Source of the DNA: Eledone cirrhosa
Lineage: Eukaryota
Assembly (NCBI GenBank): GCA_964016885.1
Contig: OZ024754.1
Coordinates: 31,992,001-32,056,000, forward strand
Reading direction: 5' to 3'
Length of the DNA stretch: 64,000 bases
The notes beneath the pieces are model-generated. The model was given only the letters and a program-made list of their open reading frames with translations, was not told the DNA's origin and did not search any database. Each line of letters begins with the position of its first letter. Position 1 is the first letter of the stretch. The position numbers and the translations under genes were made by a program. This document shows, one piece after another, positions 39,529 to 52,396 of this stretch.

Positions 39529-40225
39529 AAGAGGTTCTGTTGAAAATTTTATAGTTTGACCGAGACACTTTCATGGAATGTGACCGATTCAGGTTTTTTT
39601 TCAACATAATCCCCTTTGCGGTCCACACACTTCTTCCATCCATGTTGCAGTGCTTGGATCCCATTGGTAATGAAGTTTTCATCCTGTTGGTAAGAACGTC
39701 ATCAACAGCAGATATGATGTCATCATCACTGCGATACTGGTTCCCACCCAAATGCTTTTTCAAACTGGGGAACATGATAGTAATTAAACAGTTCAAAGCC
39801 AGTCATGCACAGCAGCCATTGAAACCAAGGACTTTAGTGCTGGGGCATTATTCTGAAGAAACAAGACACCTTTCGTCAGTTTTCTTGGGTGTTTGGTCTT
39901 GATAGCTTTTTATAACTGCCTCAGCAAGTTGGCATAGTACTCTCAGATTTTCCCATGATGTGATCAGACTGGTGCGCTTTTGATCTGGTGTCAGAAGACG
40001 AGACAGCCAGTGAGCAGAAACTTTTTTATGCCAAGTACATTGTGCAGAATATTCTCAATTCTCTAATGGAATATGCTAATAGCATTGGCTATTTGATTTA
40101 TAGTCAATTGCCTGTCATCCATCAGTATGTAGTGAACACGATCAATGTTTTCCTCAGTGGTGGCAGTTGCAGGACGTTCAAACCGTGGGTCATCTTCAAG
40201 ACTCTTCCTTCCTGTAGAAAACCTA
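39527..40225 (-). mobile_element. Mariner (Tc1/mariner) transposase remnant with one terminal repeat
   Basis: Reverse strand MFPSLKKHLGGNQYRSDDDIISAVDD and SLEDDPR-like sequence; terminus TAAGAGGTTCTGTTGAAAATTTTATAG resembles 56457. Confidence 0.85.
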
Positions 40226-40853
40226 TGACATTGTTGTCTTTTGGGAAGGTCATGTTACCAGTCAACACACCTCCAATTAAGATTTGCTTCAGTTTCGTTA
40301 TAAATTAGGTAATTAATTAATTGGATAATCAGTCAACTAATGAAGTAATTGAATAAAGTCCTTTCATCACACACTGAGACCTGATTGATGACATTTGTTT
40401 CTCTTTTTTGCAGAATATCAGATGACATTGGCATTAAAGGATTCTTTACACAAGAAGAATTATCAATATTTATCATCTTTTAAAGACTAAAGGAAGAAGA
40501 TATACTGAACAAGATATAACCTTTATGTTTATAAAAAATTGATGGTAGAATTACTGCGAAATATTTTTCTTATTGGAGAATACTGGCAAAACTTTTCTTC
40601 TTCACTGTCTGCAATCTGGACAAGATGATTTTGTATTCTAATTAAACTATATTTACAAAAGAATTTTCCACCTTCTTTAGATATCAACAAAGAACACAGT
40701 AGAAATATTGACATCATTATTTTTATGTCCACTTTTCCATGATTGGATCCCATTGGTAATGAAGCTTTCATCCTGTTGGTAAGAACAGATACAGGAATAA
40801 TGAATTATGTGGACATCTGAAAAGTGCATTCTGTTTTTTAATCCCCTAAAGAA

Positions 40854-42653
40854 ATGTCGAAAGAGATAGGAACAACATTATACCAATGTAATATCTGTGA
40901 TAAATCGTTCTTTGTAAGTGATGATTTAATTAACCATAAATGTATCCATACAGGAGAGAAACCATACCAATGTGACATCTGTAATATGTCATTCACTCGT
41001 AAAGGGAGCTTAACTTCTCACAAGCATATTCATGCAGGGAAGAAGCCATATCACTGTGATGTCTGTGGTAAATCATTCTTACAAACACGAGACCTAACTG
41101 TTCATAAGCGTATTCATACAGGAGAGAAACCATATCACTGTGATATTTGTAGTAAATCATTTGCTCATGGAAATGCTTTAACTACTCACAAGCGTATTCA
41201 CACAGATGAAAAACCGTATCACTGTGATATCTGTGGTAAACCATTCAATACAAGAACCCATTTAACTACTCACAAGCGTACTCATACAGGAGAAAGACCA
41301 TATCACTGTGAAATTTGTAGTAAATCATTCTTTTCAGGAGACACATTAACTAAACACAAACGTACTCATACAGGAGAGAAACCATATCATTGTGACATTT
41401 GTGGTAAATCATTTTCATCAAGGAGTAGTTTGAATACTCACAAATATATTCATACAGGAGAGAAGCCATATCACTGTGATATCTGTAACAAATCCTTCTC
41501 TGTACCTGGTTACTTAACTAAACACAAATATGTACACACAGGAGAGAAGCCATATCACTGTGATGTGTGTGGTAAATCATTCTCTGAAAGTACTGAATTA
41601 ACTATACACACACGTGTTCATACAGGAGAGAAACCATATCATTGTGATATCTGTGGTAAATCATTCTCTCGAACAAATGTATTAACAGCTCATAAACGTA
41701 TTCATACAGGTCTGAAGCCACATCACTGTGATATCTGTGGTAAATCATTCTATCGAAGGGGTGAAGTGACTGTACACAAACGTATTCATACCGGAGAGAA
41801 ACCATTTTCTTGTGAAACTTGTGGTAAAGCATTCTCTCAGCTTGGTCCTTTAATAGTTCACAACCGTATTCATACTGGAGAGAAACCATATCACTGTGAT
41901 ACATGTGGTAAATTATTTGCTCGATATACTGAATTAACTATACACAAATATAAACATGCAGGTGTAAAACCGTATCAATGTAATATCTGTGATAAATCAT
42001 TTATTCGCAGTGGTGCATTAAATATACATAAACGTATACATACTGGAGAGAAACCATATAATTGTGATATCTGTGATAAATCATTCATTACACAAAGTAA
42101 CTTAAATATGCATGAGCGTATTCATTCAGGAGATAAACCATATCCTTGTGACATCTGTGGTAAATCATTCTTCCACAGTGGTGAAGTAAATGTACACAAA
42201 CGTATTCATACAGGAGAAAAGCAATATCTCTGTGATATCTGTGGTAAATCATTTACTGAAAAAAGTACTTTAAACACTCACAAACTTGTTCATACAGGAG
42301 AGAAGCCATATCATTGTGATGACTGTGGTAAAACATTTTCTGTAAAAAGTAACTTAACTAAACACAAACGTGTTCATACAGGAGAGAAACCATATCACTG
42401 TGATATGTGTGATAAATCATTTGCTCAAATAAATACATTAACTACTCACAAACGCATTCATACAGGACAGACACCATATGAATGTGATAGCTGTGGTAAA
42501 TCATTCTCTCTAAATAGCTATTTGACCAAACACAAACGCAGTCATACAGGAGAGAAACCATATCACTGTGATACCTGTGGTAAATCATTCTCTCAAAAAA
42601 ATACATTAACTACTCACAAACGCATTCATAAAGGAGTTCAATCACCTGACTGA
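40854..42653 (+). CDS. ZNF-5: C2H2 zinc-finger protein, 21 fingers
   Basis: Intact 599-aa [15 protein letters not shown]...HKGVQSPD. Confidence 0.95.
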   Translation: MSKEIGTTLYQCNICDKSFFVSDDLINHKCIHTGEKPYQCDICNMSFTRKGSLTSHKHIHAGKKPYHCDVCGKSFLQTRDLTVHKRIHTGEKPYHCDICSKSFAHGNALTTHKRIHTDEKPYHCDICGKPFNTRTHLTTHKRTHTGERPYHCEICSKSFFSGDTLTKHKRTHTGEKPYHCDICGKSFSSRSSLNTHKYIHTGEKPYHCDICNKSFSVPGYLTKHKYVHTGEKPYHCDVCGKSFSESTELTIHTRVHTGEKPYHCDICGKSFSRTNVLTAHKRIHTGLKPHHCDICGKSFYRRGEVTVHKRIHTGEKPFSCETCGKAFSQLGPLIVHNRIHTGEKPYHCDTCGKLFARYTELTIHKYKHAGVKPYQCNICDKSFIRSGALNIHKRIHTGEKPYNCDICDKSFITQSNLNMHERIHSGDKPYPCDICGKSFFHSGEVNVHKRIHTGEKQYLCDICGKSFTEKSTLNTHKLVHTGEKPYHCDDCGKTFSVKSNLTKHKRVHTGEKPYHCDMCDKSFAQINTLTTHKRIHTGQTPYECDSCGKSFSLNSYLTKHKRSHTGEKPYHCDTCGKSFSQKNTLTTHKRIHKGVQSPD

Positions 42654-42930
42654 TATGTGTAGTAAAACGTTCTCTCTACCTAATCTTTTAACTAAATAAA
42701 TTCATTCAAGATAGAAGCTATATCACTGTTATGTGTGGTAAATCATTCTCTTCAAGAAACAACTCACCTAAACATCATCATCATCCTTCGAACTGGTTGG
42801 AATACTCTCAACAATTTCTCTTCAAATTCTATTGGCTCTAGATCAGTCATTTTTTATCAATTAACAACACTTCCAGACTGATTGCATAGGAGAAGCGATG
42901 AAATTACTTCACTGTCCACTCTAAAATAAT

Positions 42931-43116
42931 TGTTTCTACTTTAGGCACAAGGCCAGCAATTACCCAGTGCATTACTGGTACTTTATTTTATCGACCCCGT
43001 AAGGATGAAAGGCAAAGTCAACCTCGGCGTGATTTGAACTCAGATCGTAACGGGACGTAACTATGCTGGAAAACATGGCGTCCGACCCTCTACCGATACT
43101 GCCAATCCACCGCCCT
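42931..43116 (-). mobile_element. Full-length Nin/Deu-like SINE with 18-bp TSD in the ZNF-5 3' UTR
   Basis: TSD TGTCCACTCTAAAATAAT (42913-42930 and 43117-43134); empty site at ~33910 in the ZNF-4 unit. Confidence 0.93.
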
Positions 43117-44441
43117 TGTCCACTCTAAAATAATGGCCTGCAAACTGGAACCTTTTCTGAGTAATATTGGACACAGACTTCCGTACATTTTTTATCTTGT
43201 TGGATGTGACCACCACCTCAGATTCTTCACTCTTCTAAGTAAGATGGTGTATGTGCCATTTAAATGTTTTTGTAAGTGAGTGATAAATGTCCATGTTTCT
43301 GAGCCATATAGGAGAATTGGCTCGATTAATGTCCGAAAGATTTAATTATTAAGCGTATTGGAGATTTCGTTTCCAGATTGTATCAAGTTGGTTACATACT
43401 TCCCATGACAAAGTTTTCCACATGTTAAAGTCTTTTTGTACATTTTTCTCCATTTATGTTGATACAGACTCACACATAGAGTCAATCTCACACAAATTAT
43501 ATCAAATATACATACTACTGATGGTTGACTCACAAATACATTTGTAAAGGAGTGAAACCACATAAGTGATGTGTGGTAAATCATTCTCTGTACCTAGTCA
43601 CTTAACTAAACACAAATATGTTCATACAAAAGGGAAGTCAAATCACAGTGATGTGTATGATAAATTATTTCTGGTTCGACATATGAGTCCCAGTGTCATG
43701 GGATCTAATTGAATCACTTTGTGAATATTTGTAATGAACTGAAAGATAAATAAAATTGGTTTATTCTTAAATTATTCTTTTGTTATTTTATATGTTGAAC
43801 ATCAAACTAAAACTTGTGATGACAACATAAGCAATAGAATTCACATCATTTTATATCCATTTTTCTATTTTTACATAATTTAGCTGGCTCTTTTCCAGCA
43901 CAACCTCTCTCCATCCATCGCATTGCTTTGTCATCTCTTCTGCAAAATGCAGGATTTTGAGATCAAATCTAACCATATCTGGCAAGGTCTTTCTTTGTCT
44001 TCCACTATTGAAGCCTCCTTCTACTAGGATTCCTTCATTTGATTTGTCTTGCTCCTAGGTTTTCAGTCAGTTCAATGTTTGTGTTCATAAACATTATACA
44101 TTCAGCAGAGTATACTGGACTCAGATATGTCAATATTTTTTTACAAAAGTCAGTTGTTGCTGAAATGAAAATTATACTAAGATTGAAGAGTCTTCTCTAC
44201 ACTATATTTTCTCCATTCTATCACCTGTTAGCTAGCATGAAGCTGTTACATTCAGTTAGTCCATAAAATCACCCCAAATGTCAGATCTACCACCAATAAA
44301 GTTGGTGGAGACAGTGTCAAATTGACTTCTATATGTTACATTATGTAGTTTGGGAATTGTTGTGAGTTGAGTTCATGCTAGGCCTGTTAAAGTGCCACAG
44401 TGGGAGGGAACGTACGATTGCAAACTTCTTCTAAACATAAG

Positions 44442-46272
44442 TGTGTTGAAAAGTTTTTTTTTTATTAAAAGACTTAATGGTCCCACAAATACCCATTGGC
44501 CTCTCTGGGTGACCAGTTAGACTGACCCAAACCACCAGAATACTCGTGACCGGTCTACACCAGTGATAACATCTGGAAGGTGATTTTATCCTCCTCTGCT
44601 GGTTCTGGTGCGGGGATTGAGGATCTATGAACTCAGCACCTCAAAGATGATAACTCCTTATCAGCCAGTGATGCTGGACTCAAGATTTTTGGAGAGTCTG
44701 ACTCAGTTTGTGAATTAGTTCTCTTCAAAGAACGTTCTCTCCTATATATCCATCCATTGTTCTTTGGTGTGAAACTATTCAGACACACAAAATCCAACGG
44801 AGACCTGCACCCCATTGCGGTTGGTTGTGCACTTCATTGTCATTCTGTCAAGGTGTGTTTGTTGTTGGCCTCTGGTTCACTGTCGGTGGAATTTCCCCTA
44901 TCCAGTTAGGTATGGGTACGGAGCTGGGGTGTGAGGCTGCTGCCCTCACTACCAGAAGCTTTATCAACTTGCCCTCCAAGTCCCCCAGGGTCATCCTCAA
45001 ACTTGACCTCAAGAATGCCTTTAATTCCATCAGCCACAATATCATCCTCAGCTCAGTAAGGGAGAGGGTCCCACAACTCTACTACTTTCTTTGGCAGGCT
45101 TATCAGGAACCCTCCTACCTCTCTTTTGGTGATCAAATCATCATTTCTACCTCAGGAGTTCAAAAGGGTGACCCACTTGGGCCTGTTTTGTTTGTACTGG
45201 GCATTGATGACATCACCAAGATGGGGGTTAAGCTGGATTTAAATGTTTGGTATCTTGATGCTTGTTTGGGGGACCTCTGAATAGGGTTCTTACAACTGCA
45301 AATACAATGATTGAAGAGCTTGGTTGTCGGGATCTCCAGGTCAATAGCTCCAAATGTAAGATCTGGATTCTCAACCACCCAGCTTCTCAACATCAGACGA
45401 CAGACCTGTTTGCAGAGTCCTTCCCTTCCATTATGGTCCATCCCTTGTTGGCATGGAGCTCATTTGGACCCCCAATTACAGACCTAGCTTTGGAATTAAA
45501 TTTCCAATCCAAGATGGTTAGCTTTGAGTAATTATTGAAGAACATTGAGGTAATTGAGCCCCATAAAGGTTTTTTATACTCAGCAATTACCTATCGATTC
45601 CTAAGCTTCTATATATGCTCAGGGTTAGCCCATCTCACAGATTTTCATCGTGTCCAACTCTTTGACAACCTAATCTTCGGGAGACTCGAGTGCTTGCCCA
45701 AAGTCAGACCCTCTCCAGAGTCTCGTGGTCAGGCTGCGTTGCCCAAGCGATTTAGATGCCTTGGTCTACGTAAATGTGCGTCCCACTCTCTCCCTTGTTT
45801 CCTTTCCTCTACCCATGCTTGCTCCACCCTGGTGGGCAACATCCTCTCTTTCCCAACAGGGAGATGGATGAAGCTCTCCTACGATGGAATGAGCTGGGTT
45901 TGTCTGCTCCTGACATGTTAGAGGACAAACAGAGACAGAGTTTGGGACAACATACTTTCGAGGGCCACTTTTGACTCTCTCTTCGACCAGTCAGATCAGT
46001 TCTCAACGTGCTGCTTCCTGGTGCTAGCTTCAAATACTCAGGAGACTGGGTTGCTGCCCTACTTATCTTGGATGAGCTTTGTATATCCATTGCTCTCAGA
46101 GTGGGAGCCAATGTCTGTACGAGTCTGAAATGTCAGTGTGGTAGGCTCCTCGACTCCACAAGTCTTCAAGGCCTGTCTTGCAGTCTGAATGCTGGTTGCT
46201 TCACATATCACAGAGCTAAACCTCATCATCAAGAGAGCTTTGGCCTGGGCAAACATCCCCACGGATAAAAAA
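44442..46272 (+). mobile_element. CRE-like non-LTR retrotransposon fragment (RT plus Cys/His knuckle)
   Basis: PIAVG, GCEAA, LKLDLKNAFNSI, GVQKGDPLGP, WYLD, CQCGRLLD...GLSC, with frameshifts; absent from paralogous units. Confidence 0.85.
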
Positions 46273-46318
46273 AGGTGTTGTTGTAATAGTAACAACTCAG
46301 ACATATAGTGCTGTAGGT

Positions 46319-46524
46319 TTTATCACATGATTTAAAGCAACCAATGAAAATGTAAGAATTTCATTTCTGCCTGGTCATTATTCCGGAAGTAGGTAATCTC
46401 CCATTTTTGTTTACTTTCTTTTCTTAAAAAAAATGTATTACACTGTTTAGCTAAGTAAACGTAATAAGTTTTACATATGACAGTCTTTTACATAGTTTTT
46501 CCTATACCAAATTTCATTGACAAG
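46319..46524 (+). promoter_or_regulatory. ZNF-6 promoter (TCACATGA, CCAAT, CCGGAAGT 46383-46390) and exon 1 to donor AAG|GTATA
   Basis: Paralog conservation; acceptor TTGCAG|ATTATCAGATG at 48284/48285. Confidence 0.8.
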
Positions 46525-47359
46525 GTATATTTCATTTTAATACTTTACTCCCATCCTAAAATATCTCTTGGTTATCAGATTCTGTTTAGAGGCTGTTTAT
46601 GTTGTAGATATATTTTTCAAATATATTAAAAAATAAAGAAATCGCTATAAATGCGTTGTTTGGAGGTATGGAATAATTTTTTTATAATATGAGTCTGATC
46701 GATTAAGAAACAATTTCTGAAACGAGATCCATTGCAGGTAGTTCCAAAGGAAAGTGTTCCCATCTTCAGTTTGAGGATCGTCCGGCTTGCCAGCCACCTT
46801 AAAATACTTCTCAGCAGACTGAACTTGATGCAAAAATATATATATTAATATCATCATCGTTTAACTTCTATCACGGGTTCGACAGGTCTACATAGACCAA
46901 ATCAATACTGAAGTGGGGGCTACAGACAAACCAGGGTGGGATCAACACACTGCTCCCTGGATATACGTCCTCCACGAGTCCCGGCCACTGAGATTTCTCT
47001 GAATTTCTTTATGCAGCTACCATCTTCCAATCGCATTATATGTCTATATTAATGCAGTCTTCCCTCTTGCACTGCACATCCAATTCCTCTTATGCTGAGT
47101 TTTTCTCTCAGTTCGCTCATGCACGGGAAATAGTCATGTCTTTGACATATATGAAGGGTCTTCCCAACCCTTTGTTTAGCAAGCTTTCTATGGCTAGATA
47201 CGCTTCCTATCATCAACTTATATACAGTGTGTACAAGGTGTATTTATTGTGTAGATCGCCAACATTAAAGAGGTGGTTGTGCCATTGACACTACTGAATA
47301 ACCCTCTCAAACTTGTTCATCATAGTGTCTACGGTGAGGGGTTCTTTCTATGTATCATT

Positions 47360-47677
47360 TCATCATCATCATTTCATTATACGTCCGCTTTTCCCTGCTT
47401 GCAAGGGTGGGACGGGAACTGATTCTGACTTGATTTCTACAGCTGGATGCCCTTCCTAACACCAACCTCATTTACAGTGAGTGCTGGGTGCTTTTTTGCC
47501 GTGGCACCTACACGTCCACTTTTCAGTGGAATGATAGGGAACCCAGTCCCTATCATCTCATTTCTACAGCTGAGTAAACTGGAGCAATGTGAAATAAAGT
47601 GTCTTGCTCAAGGAAACAACACATCACCCGGTCTGAGAATTGAACACACAACCTTTCGATTGCAAGGCCAATGCTCT
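47360..47677 (-). mobile_element. Young tRNA-CORE-RTE-tail SINE in the ZNF-6 intron, followed by a Nin-like SINE piece (~47705-47823, +)
   Basis: Reverse complement of 38701-39043; the paralogous ZNF-7 intron lacks the SINE body. Confidence 0.9.
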
Positions 47678-48679
47678 GTATATCATTATCATCATTTTAT
47701 GTGTGATCTGAGTTCAAATCCCGCCAAGGTTAACTTTGCCTTTCATCCTTACGAGGTCGATAAAATAAAGTACCAGTAATGTACTGGATAATTGCTGGCC
47801 TTGTGCCGAAAGTAGAAATAATTATCATCATTTTATGTGTGTGAGTATATGTTTGTGTGTATAAAACTGAAGTGAAACTCAACTGGAATGTGTGTGTTCT
47901 AACTGGCAGAATGACCCTACAAAATATAACATTGTGATAGGTTATCTACTGGACTCAACATTATTTTTACAACTTTGAATTTGAAAAAATTTTAAGTATT
48001 TTTAACTGAAATTCATCAACTTAGTTATAACCTACACCTAGGAAAATGTATGTCTGAAAAATTTCATTACAACATATGAATTCTTAATCTTTTCGTTCGA
48101 ATATTTCTATTAAAAGATACTGTCCATGATTTTGAATTAATTTTGAAAATAATCAAATCATGGAGTTATCAAGTAATTAACTAATTCATTAATTGATTGG
48201 ATAATCAATCGACTAATTAATTGACAAAGTCCTTTCATCACACACTAAGACCTTATTGATGACTCCTGTTTCTCTATATTGCAGATTATCAGATGACATT
48301 GGCATTAAAGGATTCTACACATCAATATTTATCATCTTTTAAAGACTAAAGGAAGAAGATATACTGAACAAGATATAACCTTTATTTTTATAAAAAATTG
48401 ATGGTAGAATTACTGCAAAATATTTTTCTTATTGGAGAATACTGGCAAAACTTTTCTTCTTCACTGTCTGCAATCTGGACACGATGATTTTGTATTCTAA
48501 TTAAACTATATTTACAAAAGAATTTTCGACCGTTAGATATCACAAAAAAAAACACAGTAGAAGTATCGACATCATTATTTTTATGTCGACTTTTCCATGA
48601 TTGCATGGAATAGATACAGGAATAATGAATTATGTGGACATCTGAAAAGTGCATTCTGTTTTTTTAATCCTCTAAAGGT

Positions 48680-50227
48680 ATGTCGAAAGAAAAAGGAACA
48701 ACATTATACCAATGTAACATCTGTGCCAAATTATTCTTTGTAAGTGATGACTTAATTAACCATCAATGTATTCATACAGGAGAGAAACCATATTACAGTG
48801 ATGTCTGTAGTAAACCATTCTTACAAAGTCATGAACTAACTGTTCATAAGCATATTCATACAGGAGTGAAACCATATCACTGTGATATTTGTGGTAAATC
48901 AGTGTCTTCAGGGAGCAATTTAACTAAACACAAACGCACTCATACAGGAGAGAAGCCATATCATTGTGATATCTGTGGTAAATCATTCTCTCGAAATTAT
49001 GATGTGACTGTTCACAAACGTATTCATACAGGAGAGAAGCCATATCACTGTAATATCTGTGACAAATCATTCTCTGTATCTAGTCACCTAACTGCTCACA
49101 AATATATTCATACAGGGAAGAAGCCTCATCATTGTGATGTGTGTGGTAAATCATACTCTATAAGTACTGAATTGACTATACATAAACGTATTCATTCAGG
49201 AGAGAAACCATATCATTGCGATATCTGTGGTAAATCATTCTCTCGAAATTATGATCTGACTGTTCACATACGTATTCATACAGGAGAGAAGCCATATCAC
49301 TGTGATATCTGTAATAAATCATTTTCAGTATCTAGTCAGTTAACTAAACACAAATATGTTCATACAGGAGAGAAGCCTTATCACTGTGATGTGTGTGGTA
49401 AGTCATTCTCTAGAACTACTGAATTAACTATACACAAACGTGTCCATACAGGAGAGAAACCATATTGCTGTGATATTTGTGGTAAATCATTCTCTCGAAC
49501 AAATACATTAATTGATCACAAACGTGTTCATTTAGGTGTGAAACCATATCACTGTGATATTTGTGGTAAATCATACTATCGAAGTTACGACATGACTCTC
49601 CATAAACGTATTCATACCGGAGAAAAACCATTTTCTTGTGAAACCTGTGGTAAATCATTCACTCATAGTAGTCCGTTAATTGTTCACAACCGTATTCATA
49701 CTGGAGAGAAACCATATCACTGTGATATCTGTGGTAAATCATTTTCTCAACATGTTGAATTAAGTACACACAAATATAAACACACAGGTGTGAAACCATA
49801 TGAATGTAATATCTGTGGTAAATCATTCATTCAAACTGCTGTGTTAACGATTCATAAACGTATTCATACAGGTGAGAAACCATATTATTGTGATATATGT
49901 GGTAAATCATTCTCTCAAAGTAGTGCAGTAAATGTACACAAACGTATTCATTCAGGAGAAAAGCAATATCTCTGTGATATCTGTGGTAAATCATTTACTG
50001 AAAGAAGTAGTTTAATTACTCACAAACTTATTCATACAGGAGAGAAACCATATTACTGTGATGACTGTGGTAAATCATTTTCTGTAAAAAGTAACTTAAC
50101 TAAACACAAACGTGTTCATAGTGGAGAGAAACCATATCACTGTGACATGTGTGATAAATCATTCTCTCAAAGAAGTACATTAACTACTCACAAACACATT
50201 CATAAAGGAATTCAACCACCAAACTGA
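48680..50227 (+). CDS. ZNF-6: C2H2 zinc-finger protein, 18 units (finger 2 has Cys to Ser)
   Basis: Intact 515-aa ORF; internal 3-finger duplication (RNYD/VSSH/ISTE and RNYD/VSSQ/RTTE). Confidence 0.94.
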   Translation: MSKEKGTTLYQCNICAKLFFVSDDLINHQCIHTGEKPYYSDVCSKPFLQSHELTVHKHIHTGVKPYHCDICGKSVSSGSNLTKHKRTHTGEKPYHCDICGKSFSRNYDVTVHKRIHTGEKPYHCNICDKSFSVSSHLTAHKYIHTGKKPHHCDVCGKSYSISTELTIHKRIHSGEKPYHCDICGKSFSRNYDLTVHIRIHTGEKPYHCDICNKSFSVSSQLTKHKYVHTGEKPYHCDVCGKSFSRTTELTIHKRVHTGEKPYCCDICGKSFSRTNTLIDHKRVHLGVKPYHCDICGKSYYRSYDMTLHKRIHTGEKPFSCETCGKSFTHSSPLIVHNRIHTGEKPYHCDICGKSFSQHVELSTHKYKHTGVKPYECNICGKSFIQTAVLTIHKRIHTGEKPYYCDICGKSFSQSSAVNVHKRIHSGEKQYLCDICGKSFTERSSLITHKLIHTGEKPYYCDDCGKSFSVKSNLTKHKRVHSGEKPYHCDMCDKSFSQRSTLTTHKHIHKGIQPPN

Positions 50228-52170
50228 TATGAGTGGTAAGTCATTCTCTCTACCTAATCTTTTAACTAAATAAATTCATTCAAGATAGAAGCTATATCAC
50301 TGTTATGTGTGGTATATCATTCTCTTCAAGAAACAATTCACCTAAACATCATCATCCTTCGAACTGGTTGGTTGGAATACTCTCATCAATTTCTCTCCAA
50401 ACTCTATGATCCTGCAGTGCTCTTCCCAGTTCTCCAAGGTGGATTCCTGAATATCTGGATCAGTCATTTTTCATTAATTATTAATTACTGAGGGAGGATT
50501 GGAGAATTCATTTCCAGATTGTATCAAGTTGGTTACATACTTCCCATGATAAAGTTTTCCACATGTTAAAGTCTTTTTGTACATTTTTCTCCATTTGTAG
50601 ATACAGACTCACACGTAGAGTCAATCTCACACAAATTATGTCAAATATACACACTACTGATGGTTGACTCACAAATACATTTGTAAAGGAGTGAAACCAC
50701 ATAAGTGATGTGGTAAATCATTCTCTGTACCTAGTCACTTAACTAAACACAAATATGTTCATACAAAAGAGAAGCCATATCACAGTGATGTGTATGATAA
50801 ATTATTTCTGGTTCGACATATGAGTCCCAGTGTCATGGGATCTAATTGAATCACTTCGTGAATATTTGTAATGAACTGAAAGATAAATAAAATTGGTTTA
50901 TTCTAAAATTATTCTTTTGTTATTTTATATGTTGAACATCTAACTAAAACTTGTGATGACAACATAAGCAATAGAATTCACATCATTTTATATCCATTTT
51001 TCTATTTTTACATAATTTAGCTGGCTCTTTTCCAGCATAGCCTCTCTCCATCCATCACCTTTCTGTCATCTCTTCTGCAAAGTGCAGGATTTTTAGATCA
51101 ACCTTTACTATATCTACTAAGGTCTTTCTCTGTCTTCCACTACTGTAGATTCTACTAGGATTCCTTGGCATTCTTCACCCTACCACCATCTTCTATGTAC
51201 ATCACATGTCCATAGCAGTGCAATCTTGTCTTACATGCACACAGCTGATTCTTCTTACACCTAGGTTCTTTATATCAGCTTATCATTTATGTACGTACAC
51301 ATGCTGGACACATGCTTTGCATGTCCTCTTCATTTACTCCCTAAGTCTCACTACCATGCAGTATTGCACTTCATACATTGATATCATGCAGCCAGTCTTT
51401 TGCTCAACAAGAAAGTCTTTGTTGCTCCCCCGAAATGTTTCCATCCTGTTTTTATTCTAGCTATTATACTGACAGTGAGGGAATATATGAAAGATGAAAT
51501 ATCAGAAATGTCAATATTTTATTACAAAAGTCAGTTGTTATTGAAATGAAAATTATACTAAGATTGAAGAGTCTTCTCTACACTATATTTTCTCCATTCT
51601 ATCACCAGTTAGCTAGCATGAAGCTGTTACATTCAGTTAGTCAATAAAAACACCCCAAATGTCAGATCTACCACCAATAAAGTTGGTGGAGACAGTGTCA
51701 AATTGACTTCAATATTTTACATTTTATAGTTTGGGAATTGTTGTGAGTTGAGTTAATGCTAGGCCTGTTAAAGTGCCACAGTGGAAGGGAACGTACAAAT
51801 GCAAACTTCTAAATGTAAGGCTGGATAAGAACAACATACCAATGTAATATCTGTGGTAAATTATTCTTTGTAAGTCATAACTTAAAGGTACAACCTAATT
51901 AAAACTATGTTAATATATTTGTATTGTGTATAGAATCATAAGTTCACATATTAAAGATATAATTAAAATCTGCTATTTCCGACGAGCTAAGAAGAGAGTT
52001 TTTGCGTCACCTCACAACATACTAGAAATAGCAGCCAACAATGAAAGTTGAATTGTCCTTCATGAACTTTAAATAACAAAAGTTTAGATAGATTTTCAGA
52101 CGAATAAAAAAGCTGTACAGTTATAAAAATTGAAGTCGTTGTAGTAGTAACAGACATATTGTGCGGTAGG

Positions 52171-52396
52171 TTAAAGCAACCAATGAAAATGTAAGAATTT
52201 CATTTCTGCCGGATCAATATTCCGGAAGTAGGTGATTTCACTATTTTTGTTTACTTTAATTCATAAATACTTTCTCTGCTTATTTCTTCTTTTCTTAAAA
52301 AAAAATGTATTATACTATTTAGCTAAGTAAACGTTATTAGTTTTACATACGACTGTCTTTTACATAGTTTTTCCTATACCAAATTTCATTAACAAG
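52171..52396 (+). promoter_or_regulatory. ZNF-7 promoter (E-box deleted; CCAAT; CCGGAAGT 52222-52229) and exon 1 to donor AAG|GTATA
   Basis: Paralog conservation; acceptor TTACAG|AATATCAGATG at 53327/53328. Confidence 0.8.
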
